In this document: positions 53,601 through 64,000 of the stretch, piece by piece
Layout: each line of letters opens with the position of its first letter
Position numbering within the stretch: position 1 is the stretch's first letter
NCBI GenBank assembly: GCA_964016885.1
Contig: OZ024758.1
Location: 33,976,001-34,040,000, forward strand
DNA: 64,000 bases
Source of the DNA: Eledone cirrhosa
Lineage: Eukaryota
Direction of reading: 5' to 3'
Notes under the pieces: model-generated
Seen by the model: only the letters and a program-made list of their open reading frames with translations
Told to the model about the DNA's origin: nothing
Databases searched by the model: none
Position numbers and translations under genes: made by a program

Positions 53601-54990
53601 CATTTAAGTCATGGTATTAGTTGTCAGAAGTAACTCCAATGTTGGTGAGAATTCATTTAAGTTCATGGTACTAGCTGTCAGAAGTAACTCCACTGTTGGT
53701 GAGAATTCATTTAAGTTCATGGTATTAGCTGTCAGAAGTAACTCCACTGTTGGTGAGAATTCATTTAAGTTCATGGTACTAGCTGTCAGAAGTAACTCCA
53801 ATGTTGGTGAGAATTCATTTAAGTTCATGGTATTAGCTGTCAGAAGTAACTCCACTGTTGGTGAGAATTCATTTAAGTTCATGGTACTAGCTGTCAGAAG
53901 TAACTCCACTGTTGGTGAGAATTCATTTAAGTTCATGGTATTAGCTGTCAGAAGTCACTCCAATGTTGGTGAGAATTCATTTAAGTTCATGGTATTAGCT
54001 GTCAGAAGTCACTCCACTGTTGGTGAGAATTCATTTAAGTTCATGGTACTAGTTGTCAGAAGTAACTCCACTGTTGGTAAGAATTCATTTTAGTTCATGG
54101 TATTAGTTGTCAGAAGTAACTCCACTGTTGGTGAGAATTCATTTAAGTCATGGTATTAGTTGTCAGAAGTAACTCCAATGTTGGTGAGAATTCATTTAAG
54201 TTCATGGTACTAGCTGTCAGAAGTAACTCCACTGTTGGTGAGAATTCATTTAAGTTCATGGTATTAGCTGTCAGAAGTAACTCCACTGTTGGTGAGAATT
54301 CATTTAAGTCATGGTATTAGCTGTCAGAAGTAACTCCATTGTTGGTGAGAATTCATTTAAGTCATGGTACTAGCTGTCAGAAGTAACTCCACTGTTGGTG
54401 AGAATTCATTTAAGTTCATGGTACTAGCTGTCAGAAGTAACTCCACTGTTGGTGAGAATTCATTTAAGTTCATGGTACTAGCTGTCAGAAGTAACTCCAC
54501 TGTTGGTGAGAATTCATTTAAGTTCATGGTACTAGCTGTCAGAAGTAACTCCAATGTTGGTGAGAATTCATTTAAGTTCATGGTATTAGCTGTCAGAAGT
54601 AACTCCACTGTTGGTGAGAATTCATTTAAGTTCATGGTACTAGCTGTCAGAAGTAACTCCACTGTTGGTGAGAATTCATTTAAGTTCATGGTATTAGCTG
54701 TCAGAAGTCACTCCAATGTTGGTGAGAATTCATTTAAGTTCATGGTATTAGGTGTCAGAAGTCACTCCACTGTTGGTGAGAATTCATTTAAGTTCATGGT
54801 ATTAGCTGTCAGAAGTAACTCCACTGTTGGTGAGAATTCATTTAAGTTCATGGTACTAGTTGTCAGAAGTAACTCCACTGTTGGTAAGAATTCATTTTAG
54901 TTCATGGTATTAGTTGTCAGAAGTAACTCCACTGTTGGTGAGAATTCATTTAAGTCATGGTATTAGTTGTCAGAAGTAACTCCATTGTTG
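44700..54990. repeat. Non-adjacent block duplication, offset 7534-7535 bp (~140 monomers): ~44700-47450 matches ~52230-54990
   Basis: ORFs 44893/52427 and 45377/52911 differ by 7534; 46076/53611 and 46829/54364 differ by 7535. Rare TTAGGTGTC at ~47213 and ~54748. Confidence 0.88.
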
Positions 54991-55600
54991 GTGAGAATTC
55001 ATTTAAGTCATGGTACTAGCTGTCAGAAGTAACTCCACTGTTGGTGAGAATTCATTTAAGTTCATGGTACTAGCTGTCATAAGTAACTCCACTGTTGGTG
55101 AGAATTCATTTAAGTTCATGGTACTAGCTGTCAGAAGTAACTCCACTGTTGGTGAGAATTCATTTAAGTTCATGGTACTAGCTGTCAGAAGTAACTCCAA
55201 TGTTGGTGAGAATTCATTTAAGTTCATGGTATTAGCTGTCAGAAGTAACTCCACTGTTGGTGAGAATTCATTTAAGTTCATGGTACTAGCTGTCAGAAGT
55301 AACTCCACTGTTGGTGAAAATTCATTTAAGTTCATGGTATTAGCTGTCAGAAGTCACTCCAATGTTGGTGAGAATTCATTTAAGTTCATGGTATTAGGTG
55401 TCAGAAGTCACTCCACTGTTGGTGAGAATTCATTTAAGTTCATGGTATTAGCTGTCAGAAGTAACTCCACTGTTGGTGAGAATTCATTTAAGTTCATGGT
55501 ACTAGTTGTCAGAAGTAACTCCACTGTTGGTAAGAATTCATTTTAGTTCATGGTATTAGTTGTCAGAAGTAACTCCACTGTTGGTGAGAATTCATTTAAG
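54310..55600. repeat. 646-bp (12-monomer) tandem duplication
   Basis: ORFs 54364 and 55010 are both 178 aa, both contain the VLGVRSHST variant and differ by 646. Confidence 0.85.
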
Positions 55601-56889
55601 TCATGGTATTAGTTGTCAGAAGTAACTCCAATGTTGGTGAGAATTCATTTAAGTTCATGGTACTAGCTGTCAGAAGTAACTCCACTGTTGGTGAGAATTC
55701 ATTTAAGTTCATGGTATTAGCTGTCAGAAGTAACTCCACTGTTGGTGAGAATTCATTTAAGTTCATGGTACTAGCTGTCAGAAGTAACTCCAATGTTGGT
55801 GAGAATTCATTTAAGTTCATGGTATTAGCTGTCAGAAGTAACTCCACTGTTGGTGAGAATTCATTTAAGTTCATGGTACTAGCTGTCAGAAGTAACTCCA
55901 CTGTTAGTGAGAATTCATTTAAGTTCATGGTATTAGCTGTCAGAAGTCACTCCAATGTTGGTGAGAATTCATTTAAGTTCATGGTATTAGCTGTCAGAAG
56001 TCACTCCACTGTTGGTGAGAATTCATTTAAGTTCATGGTATTAGCTGTCAGAAGTAACTCCACTGTTGGTGAGAATTCATTAAGTTCATGGTACTAGTTG
56101 TCAGAAGTAACTCCACTGTTGGTAAGAATTCATTTTAATTCATGGTATTAGTTGTCAGAAGTAACTCCACTGTTGGTGAGAATTCATTTAAGTCATGGTA
56201 TTAGTTGTCAGAAGTAACTCCAATGTTGGTGAGAATTCATTTAAGTTCATGGTACTAGCTGTCAGAAGTAACTCCACTGTTGGTGAGAATTCATTTAAGT
56301 TCATGGTATTAGCTGTCAGAAGTAACTCCACTGTTGGTGAGAATTCATTTAAGTCATGGTATTAGCTGTCAGAAGTAACTCCATTGTTGGTGAGAATTCA
56401 TTTAAGTCATGGTACTAGCTGTCAGAAGTAACTCCACTGTTGGTGAGAATTCATTTAAGTTCATGGTATTAGCTGTCAGAAGGAACGCCACTGTTGGTGA
56501 GAATTCATTTAAGTTCATGGTACTAGCTGTCAGAAGTAACTCCACTGTTGGTGAGAATTCATTTAAGTTCATGGTATTAGCTGTCAGAAGTAACTCCACT
56601 GTTGGTGAGAATTCATTTAAGTTCATGGTACTAGCTGTCAGAAGTAACTCCATTGTTGGTGAGAATTCATTTAAGTCATGGTACTAGCTGTCAGAAGTAA
56701 CTCCCCTGTTGGTGAGAATTCATTTAAGTTCATGGTACTAGCTGTCAGAAGTAACTCCACTGTTGGTGAGAATTCATTTAAGTTCATGGTACTAGCTGTC
56801 AGAAGTAACTCCACTGTTGGTGAGAATTCATTTAAGTTCATGGTACTAGCTGTCAGAAGTAACTCCACTGTTGGTGAGAATTCATTTAA

Positions 56890-59800
56890 GTTCATGGTAT
56901 TAGTTTGTCAGAAGTAACTCCACTGTTGGTGAGAATTCATTTAAGTCATGGTATTAGTTGTCAGAAGTAACTCCAATGTTGGTGAGAATTCATTTAAGTC
57001 ATGGTACTAGCTGTCAGAAGTAACTCCACTGTTGGTGAGAATTCATTTAAGTTCATGGTATTAGCTGTCAGAAGGAACGCCACTGTTGGTGAGAATTCAT
57101 TTAAGTTCATGGTATTAGCTGTCAGAAGTAACTCCACTGTTGGTGAGAATTCATTTAAGTTAATGGTACTAGCTGTTAGAAGTAACTCCAATGTTGGTGA
57201 GAATTCATTTAAGTTCATGGTATTAGCTGTCAGAAGTAACTCCACTGTTGGTGAGAATTCATTTAAGTCATGGTACTAGCTGTCAGAAGTAACTCCACTG
57301 TTGGTTAGAATTCATTTAAGTTCATGGTATTAGCTGTCAGAAGGAACTCCACTGTTGGTGAGAATTCATTTAAGTTCATGGTACTAGTTGTCAGAAGTAA
57401 CTCCACTGTTGGTAAGAATTCATGTTAGTTCATGGTATTAGTTGTCAGAAGTAACTCCACTGTTGGTGAGAATTCATTTAAGTCATGGTATTAGTTGTCA
57501 GAAGTAACTCCAATGTTGTTGAGAATTCATTTAAGTTCATGGTACTAGCTGTCAGAAGTAACTCCACTGTTGGTGAGAATTCATTTAAGTTCATGGTATT
57601 AGCTGTCAGAAGTAACTCCACTGTTGGTGAGAATTCATTTAAGTTCATGGTATTAGCTGTCAGAAATAACTCCACTGTTGGTGAGAATTCATTTAAGTTC
57701 ATGGTACTAGCTGTCAGAAGTAACTCCACTGTTGGTGAGAATTCATTTAAGTTCATGGTATTAGTTTGTCAGAAGTAACTCCACTGTTGGTGAGAATTCA
57801 TTTAAGTCATGGTATTAGCTGTCAGAAGTAACTCCACTGTTGGTGAGAATTCATTTAAGTTCATGGTATTAGCTGTCAGAAGTAACTCCACTGTTGGTGA
57901 GAATTCATTTCAGTCATGGTATTAGCTGTCAGAAGTAACTCCATTGTTGGTGAGAATTCATTTAAGTCATGGTACTAGCTGTCAGAAGTAACTCCCCTGT
58001 TGGTGAGAATTCATTTAAGTTCATGGTACTAGCTGTCAGAAGTAACTCCACTGTTGGTGAGAATTCATTTAAGTTCATGGTACTAGCTGTCAGAAGTAAC
58101 TCCACTGTTGGTGAGAATTCATTTAAGTTCATGGTATTAGCTGTCAGAAGTCACTCCAATGTTGGTGAGAATTCATTTAAGTTCATGGTACTAGCTGTCA
58201 GAAGTAACTCCACTGTTGGTGAGAATTCATTTAAGTTCATGGTACTAGCTGTCAGAAGTAACTCCACTGTTGGTGAGAATTCATTTAAGTTCATGGTATT
58301 AGCTGTCAGAAGTAACTCCACTGTTGGTGAGAATTCATTTAAGTTCATGGTACTAGTTGTCAGAAGTAACTCCACTGTTGGTAAGAATTCATTTTAGTTC
58401 ATGGTATTAGTTGTCAGAAGTAACTCCACTGTTGGTGAGAATTCATTTAAGTCATGGTATTAGTTGTCAGAAGTAACTCCAATGTTGGTGAGAATTCATT
58501 TAAGTTCATGGTACTAGCTGTCAGAAGTAACTCCACTGTTGGTGAGAATTCATTTAAGTTCATGGTATTAGCTGTCAGAAGTAACTCCACTGTTGGTGAG
58601 AATTCATTTAAGTCATGGTATTAGCTGTCAGAAGTAACTCCATTGTTGGTGAGAATTCATTTAAGTCATGGTACTAGCTGTCAGAAGTAACTCCACTGTT
58701 GGTGAGAATTCATTTAAGTTCATGGTATTAGCTGTCAGAAGGAACGCCACTGTTGGTGAGAATTCATTTAAGTTCATGGTATTAGCTGTCAGAAGTAACT
58801 CCACTGTTGGTGAGAATTCATTTAAGTTCATGGTACTAGCTGTCAGAAGTAACTCCACTGTTGGTGAGAATTCATTTAAGTTCATGGTATTAGCTGTCAG
58901 AAGTAACTCCACTGTTGGTGAGAATTCATTTAAGTTCATGGTACTAGCTGTCAGAAGTAACTCCATTGTTGGTGAGAATTCATTTAAGTCATGGTACTAG
59001 CTGTCGGAAGTAACTCCCCTGTTGGTGAGAATTCATTTAAGTTCATGGTACTAGCTGTCAGAAGTAACTCCACTGTTGGTGAGAATTCATTTAAGTTCAT
59101 GGTACTAGCTGTCAGAAGTAACTCCACTGTTGGTGAGAATTCATTTAAGTTCATGGTACTAGCTGTCAGAAGTAACTCCACTGTTGGTGAGAATTCATTT
59201 AAGTTCATGGTATTAGTTTGTCAGAAGTAACTCCACTGTTGGTGAGAATTCATTTAAGTCATGGTATTAGTTGTCAGAAGTAACTCCAATGTTGGTGAGA
59301 ATTCATTTAAGTCATGGTACTAGCTGTCAGAAGTAACTCCACTGTTGGTGAGAATTCATTTAAGTTCATGGTATTAGCTGTCAGAAGGAACGCCACTGTT
59401 GGTGAGAATTCATTTAAGTTCATGGTATTAGCTGTCAGAAGTAACTCCACTGTTGGTGAGAATTCATTTAAGTTAATGGTACTAGCTGTTAGAAGTAACT
59501 CCAATGTTGGTGAGAATTCATTTAAGTTCATGGTATTAGCTGTCAGAAGTAACTCCACTGTTGGTGAGAATTCATTTAAGTCATGGTACTAGCTGTCAGA
59601 AGTAACTCCACTGTTGGTTAGAATTCATTTAAGTTCATGGTATTAGCTGTCAGAAGGAACTCCACTGTTGGTGAGAATTCATTTAAGTTCATGGTATTAG
59701 CTGTCAGAAGTAACTCCACTGTTGGTGAGAATTCATTTAAGTTCATGGTACTAGTTGTCAGAAGTAACTCCACTGTTGGTAAGAATTCATTTTAGTTCAT

Positions 59801-62800
59801 GGTATTAGTTGTCAGAAGTAACTCCACTGTTGGTGAGAATTCATTTAAGTCATGGTATTAGTTGTCAGAAGTAACTCCAATGTTGGTGAGAATTCATTTA
59901 AGTTCATGGTACTAGCTGTCAGAAGTAACTCCACTGTTGGTGAGAATTCATTTAAGTTCATGGTATTAGCTGTCAGAAGTAACTCCACTGTTGGTGAGAA
60001 TTCATTTAAGTTCATGGTATTAGCTGTCAGAAGTAACTCCACTGTTGGTGAGAATTCATTTAAGTTCATGGTACTAGCTGTCAGAAGTAACTCCACAGTT
60101 GGTGAGAATTCATTTAAGTTCATGGTATTAGTTTGTCAGAAGTAACTCCACTGTTGGTGAGAATTCATTTAAGTCATGGTATTAGTTGTCAGAAGTAACT
60201 CCAATGTTGGTGAGAATTCATTTAAGTCATGGTACTAGCTGTCAGAAGTAACTCCACTGTTGGTGAGAATTCATTTAAGTTCATGGTATTAGCTGTCAGA
60301 AGGAACGCCACTGTTGGTGAGAATTCATTTAAGTTCATGGTATTAGCTGTCAGAAGTAACTCCACTGTTGGTGAGAATTCATTTAAGTTAATGGTACTAG
60401 CTGTTAGAAGTAACTCCAATGTTGGTGAGAATTCATTTAAGTTCATGGTATTAGCTGTCAGAAGTAACTCCACTGTTGGTGAGAATTCATTTAAGTCATG
60501 GTACTAGCTGTCAGAAGTAACTCCACTGTTGGTTAGAATTCATTTAAGTTCATGGTATTAGCTGTCAGAAGGAACTCCACTGTTGGTGAGAATTCATTTA
60601 AGTTCATGGTACTAGTTGTCAGAAGTAACTCCACTGTTGGTAAGAATTCATGTTAGTTCATGGTATTAGTTGTCAGAAGTAACTCCACTGTTGGTGAGAA
60701 TTCATTTAAGTCATGGTATTAGTTGTCAGAAGTAACTCCAATGTTGTTGAGAATTCATTTAAGTTCATGGTACTAGCTGTCAGAAGTAACTCCACTGTTG
60801 GTGAGAATTCATTTAAGTTCATGGTATTAGCTGTCAGAAGTAACTCCACTGTTGGTGAGAATTCATTTAAGTTCATGGTATTAGCTGTCAGAAATAACTC
60901 CACTGTTGGTGAGAATTCATTTAAGTTCATGGTACTAGCTGTCAGAAGTAACTCCACTGTTGGTGAGAATTCATTTAAGTTCATGGTATTAGTTTGTCAG
61001 AAGTAACTCCACTGTTGGTGAGAATTCATTTAAGTCATGGTATTAGCTGTCAGAAGTAACTCCACTGTTGGTGAGAATTCATTTAAGTTCATGGTATTAG
61101 CTGTCAGAAGTAACTCCACTGTTGGTGAGAATTCATTTCAGTCATGGTATTAGCTGTCAGAAGTAACTCCATTGTTGGTGAGAATTCATTTAAGTCATGG
61201 TACTAGCTGTCAGAAGTAACTCCCCTGTTGGTGAGAATTCATTTAAGTTCATGGTACTAGCTGTCAGAAGTAACTCCACTGTTGGTGAGAATTCATTTAA
61301 GTTCATGGTACTAGCTGTCAGAAGTAACTCCACTGTTGGTGAGAATTCATTTAAGTTCATGGTATTAGCTGTCAGAAGTCACTCCAATGTTGGTGAGAAT
61401 TCATTTAAGTTCATGGTACTAGCTGTCAGAAGTAACTCCACTGTTGGTGAGAATTCATTTAAGTTCATGGTACTAGCTGTCAGAAGTAACTCCACTGTTG
61501 GTGAGAATTCATTTAAGTTCATGGTATTAGCTGTCAGAAGTAACTCCACTGTTGGTGAGAATTCATTTAAGTTCATGGTACTAGTTGTCAGAAGTAACTC
61601 CACTGTTGGTAAGAATTCATTTTAGTTCATGGTATTAGTTGTCAGAAGTAACTCCACTGTTGGTGAGAATTCATTTAAGTCATGGTATTAGTTGTCAGAA
61701 GTAACTCCAATGTTGGTGAGAATTCATTTAAGTTCATGGTACTAGCTGTCAGAAGTAACTCCACTGTTGGTGAGAATTCATTTAAGTTCATGGTATTAGC
61801 TGTCAGAAGTAACTCCACTGTTGGTGAGAATTCATTTAAGTCATGGTATTAGCTGTCAGAAGTAACTCCATTGTTGGTGAGAATTCATTTAAGTCATGGT
61901 ACTAGCTGTCAGAAGTAACTCCACTGTTGGTGAGAATTCATTTAAGTTCATGGTATTAGCTGTCAGAAGGAACGCCACTGTTGGTGAGAATTCATTTAAG
62001 TTCATGGTATTAGCTGTCAGAAGTAACTCCACTGTTGGTGAGAATTCATTTAAGTTCATGGTACTAGCTGTCAGAAGTAACTCCACTGTTGGTGAGAATT
62101 CATTTAAGTTCATGGTATTAGCTGTCAGAAGTAACTCCACTGTTGGTGAGAATTCATTTAAGTTCATGGTACTAGCTGTCAGAAGTAACTCCATTGTTGG
62201 TGAGAATTCATTTAAGTCATGGTACTAGCTGTCAGAAGTAACTCCCCTGTTGGTGAGAATTCATTTAAGTTCATGGTACTAGCTGTCAGAAGTAACTCCA
62301 CTGTTGGTGAGAATTCATTTAAGTTCATGGTACTAGCTGTCAGAAGTAACTCCACTGTTGGTGAGAATTCATTTAAGTTCATGGTACTAGCTGTCAGAAG
62401 TAACTCCACTGTTGGTGAGAATTCATTTAAGTTCATGGTATTAGTTTGTCAGAAGTAACTCCACTGTTGGTGAGAATTCATTTAAGTCATGGTATTAGTT
62501 GTCAGAAGTAACTCCAATGTTGGTGAGAATTCATTTAAGTCATGGTACTAGCTGTCAGAAGTAACTCCACTGTTGGTGAGAATTCATTTAAGTTCATGGT
62601 ATTAGCTGTCAGAAGGAACGCCACTGTTGGTGAGAATTCATTTAAGTTCATGGTATTAGCTGTCAGAAGTAACTCCACTGTTGGTGAGAATTCATTTAAG
62701 TTAATGGTACTAGCTGTTAGAAGTAACTCCAATGTTGGTGAGAATTCATTTAAGTTCATGGTATTAGCTGTCAGAAGTAACTCCACTGTTGGTGAGAATT

Positions 62801-63390
62801 CATTTAAGTCATGGTACTAGCTGTCAGAAGTAACTCCACTGTTGGTTAGAATTCATTTAAGTTCATGGTATTAGCTGTCAGAAGGAACTCCACTGTTGGT
62901 GAGAATTCATTTAAGTTCATGGTATTAGCTGTCAGAAGTAACTCCACTGTTGGTGAGAATTCATTTAAGTTCATGGTACTAGTTGTCAGAAGTAACTCCA
63001 CTGTTGGTAAGAATTCATTTTAGTTCATGGTATTAGTTGTCAGAAGTAACTCCACTGTTGGTGAGAATTCATTTAAGTCATGGTATTAGTTGTCAGAAGT
63101 AACTCCAATGTTGGTGAGAATTCATTTAAGTTCATGGTACTAGCTGTCAGAAGTAACTCCACTGTTGGTGAGAATTCATTTAAGTTCATGGTATTAGCTG
63201 TCAGAAGTAACTCCACTGTTGGTGAGAATTCATTTAAGTTCATGGTATTAGCTGTCAGAAGTAACTCCACTGTTGGTGAGAATTCATTTAAGTTCATGGT
63301 ACTAGCTGTCAGAAGTAACTCCACTGTTGGTGAGAATTCATTTAAGTTCATGGTATTAGTTTGTCAGAAGTAACTCCACTGTTGGTGAGA
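56890..63390. repeat. 3228-bp (60-monomer) tandem duplication
   Basis: Seven ORF pairs (57001/60229, 57485/60713, 57969/61197, 58668/61896, 58991/62219, 59314/62542, 59852/63080) differ by 3228. Rare CATGTTAG, GTTGTTGAG and AGAAATAAC variants occur once per copy. Confidence 0.94.
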
Positions 63391-64000
63391 ATTCATTTCA
63401 GTCATGGTATTAGCTGTCAGAAGTAACTCCATTGTTGGTGAGAATTCATTTAAGTCATGGTACTAGCTGTCAGAAGTAACTCCCCTGTTGGTGAGAATTC
63501 ATTTAAGTTCATGGTACTAGCTGTCAGAAGTAACTCCACTGTTGGTGAAAATTCATTTAAGTTCATGGTACTAGCTGTCAGAAGTAACTCCACTGTTGGT
63601 GAGAATTCATTTAAGTTCATGGTACTAGCTGTCAGAAGTAACTCCACTGTTGGTGAGAATTCATTTAAGTTCATGGTATTAGTTTGTCAGAAGTAACTCC
63701 ACTGTTGGTGAGAATTCATTTAAGTCATGGTATTAGTTGTCAGAAGTAACTCCAATGTTGGTGAGAATTCATTTAAGTCATGGTACTAGCTGTCAGAAGT
63801 AACTCCACTGTTGGTGAGAATTCATTTAAGTTCATGGTATTAGCTGTCAGAAGTCACTCCAATGTTGGTGAGAATTCATTTAAGTTCATGGTACTAGCTG
63901 TCAGAAGTAACTCCACTGTTGGTGAGAATTCATTTAAGTTCATGGTACTAGCTGTCAGAAGTAACTCCACTGTTGGTGAGAATTCATTTAAGTTCATGGT

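Larger units (their letters stand above)
1..64000. repeat. 54-bp tandem satellite array (~1,190 head-to-tail monomers, EcoRI site in nearly every unit), extending beyond both window edges
   Basis: GAGAATTCATTTAAG recurs every 53-55 bp from the first to the last line. The ORF track shows the same 18-codon unit (MVLAVRSNSTVGENSFKF / MNLNEFSPTVELLLTA[N/S]T) throughout. No non-repeat sequence or strand switch seen. Confidence 0.99.

Noticed and set aside
280-63696. All ORFs in the six-frame track as protein-coding genes
   Set aside because: They are translations of the 54-bp unit, mirrored on both strands, starting at the ATG inside each monomer and ending at 1-bp indel or stop variants. There is no unique domain, and frameshifting 53-bp monomers are abundant.
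1-64000. CRISPR array
   Set aside because: There are no unique spacers, since the whole 54 bp is repeated. No leader or cas genes.
1-64000. Programmed frameshift, phase-variable or antigenic-variation cassette system
   Set aside because: The indels are inherited with duplicated blocks at fixed offsets. There is no expression locus, recombinase or reverse transcriptase in the window, and variant diversity is very low.
1-64000. Synthetic concatemer or rolling-circle sequencing artefact (EcoRI site in each unit)
   Set aside because: Rare variants are shared in hierarchical, nested multi-kb patterns, as expected from evolutionary descent rather than ligation or random error. Local misassembly is still possible.
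1-64000. CENP-B box, telomeric repeat, tRNA/5S-derived unit, G-quadruplex
   Set aside because: The consensus has no CpG (the CENP-B box needs TTCG and CGGG), no TTAGGG-type repeat, no recognisable pol III A/B box or cloverleaf, and no G3 runs.
1-64000. Hidden transposon, unique island or inversion
   Set aside because: Reading through, every gap in the ORF track is filled with same-orientation 53-55 bp monomers. An insertion of only a few bp could have been missed by eye.

Overview
The whole 64 kb is one uninterrupted, head-to-tail, single-orientation tandem array of a 54-bp monomer, about 1,190 copies (estimated as 64000/~53.8). Consensus: ATGGTA(C/T)TAGCTGTCAGAAGTAACTCCACTGTTGGTGAGAATTCATTTAAGTTC. 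It is 37-39% GC, has no CpG and carries one EcoRI site per unit. I found no unique sequence, gene, transposon, RNA gene or CRISPR array. All listed ORFs arise because 54 is divisible by 3 and one frame per strand lacks a stop; they are broken every few monomers by 53-bp and 55-bp variants. This is most consistent with eukaryotic satellite DNA, but the organism, family name and any centromeric role cannot be determined from the sequence. The informative signal is the order of monomer variants. It shows no fixed higher-order period, but a nested patchwork of recent 0.2-7.5 kb block duplications (offsets 4355, 645, 1668, 4091, 2583, 4255, 1291, 3661, 2743 x3, 7534 and 3228 bp). It also shows a recurring 4-monomer cassette, regional variant domains, long-range shared haplotypes and mappable recombination junctions. 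I cannot support a novel gene-based system here. Block boundaries were read by eye and are approximate to about one or two monomers.
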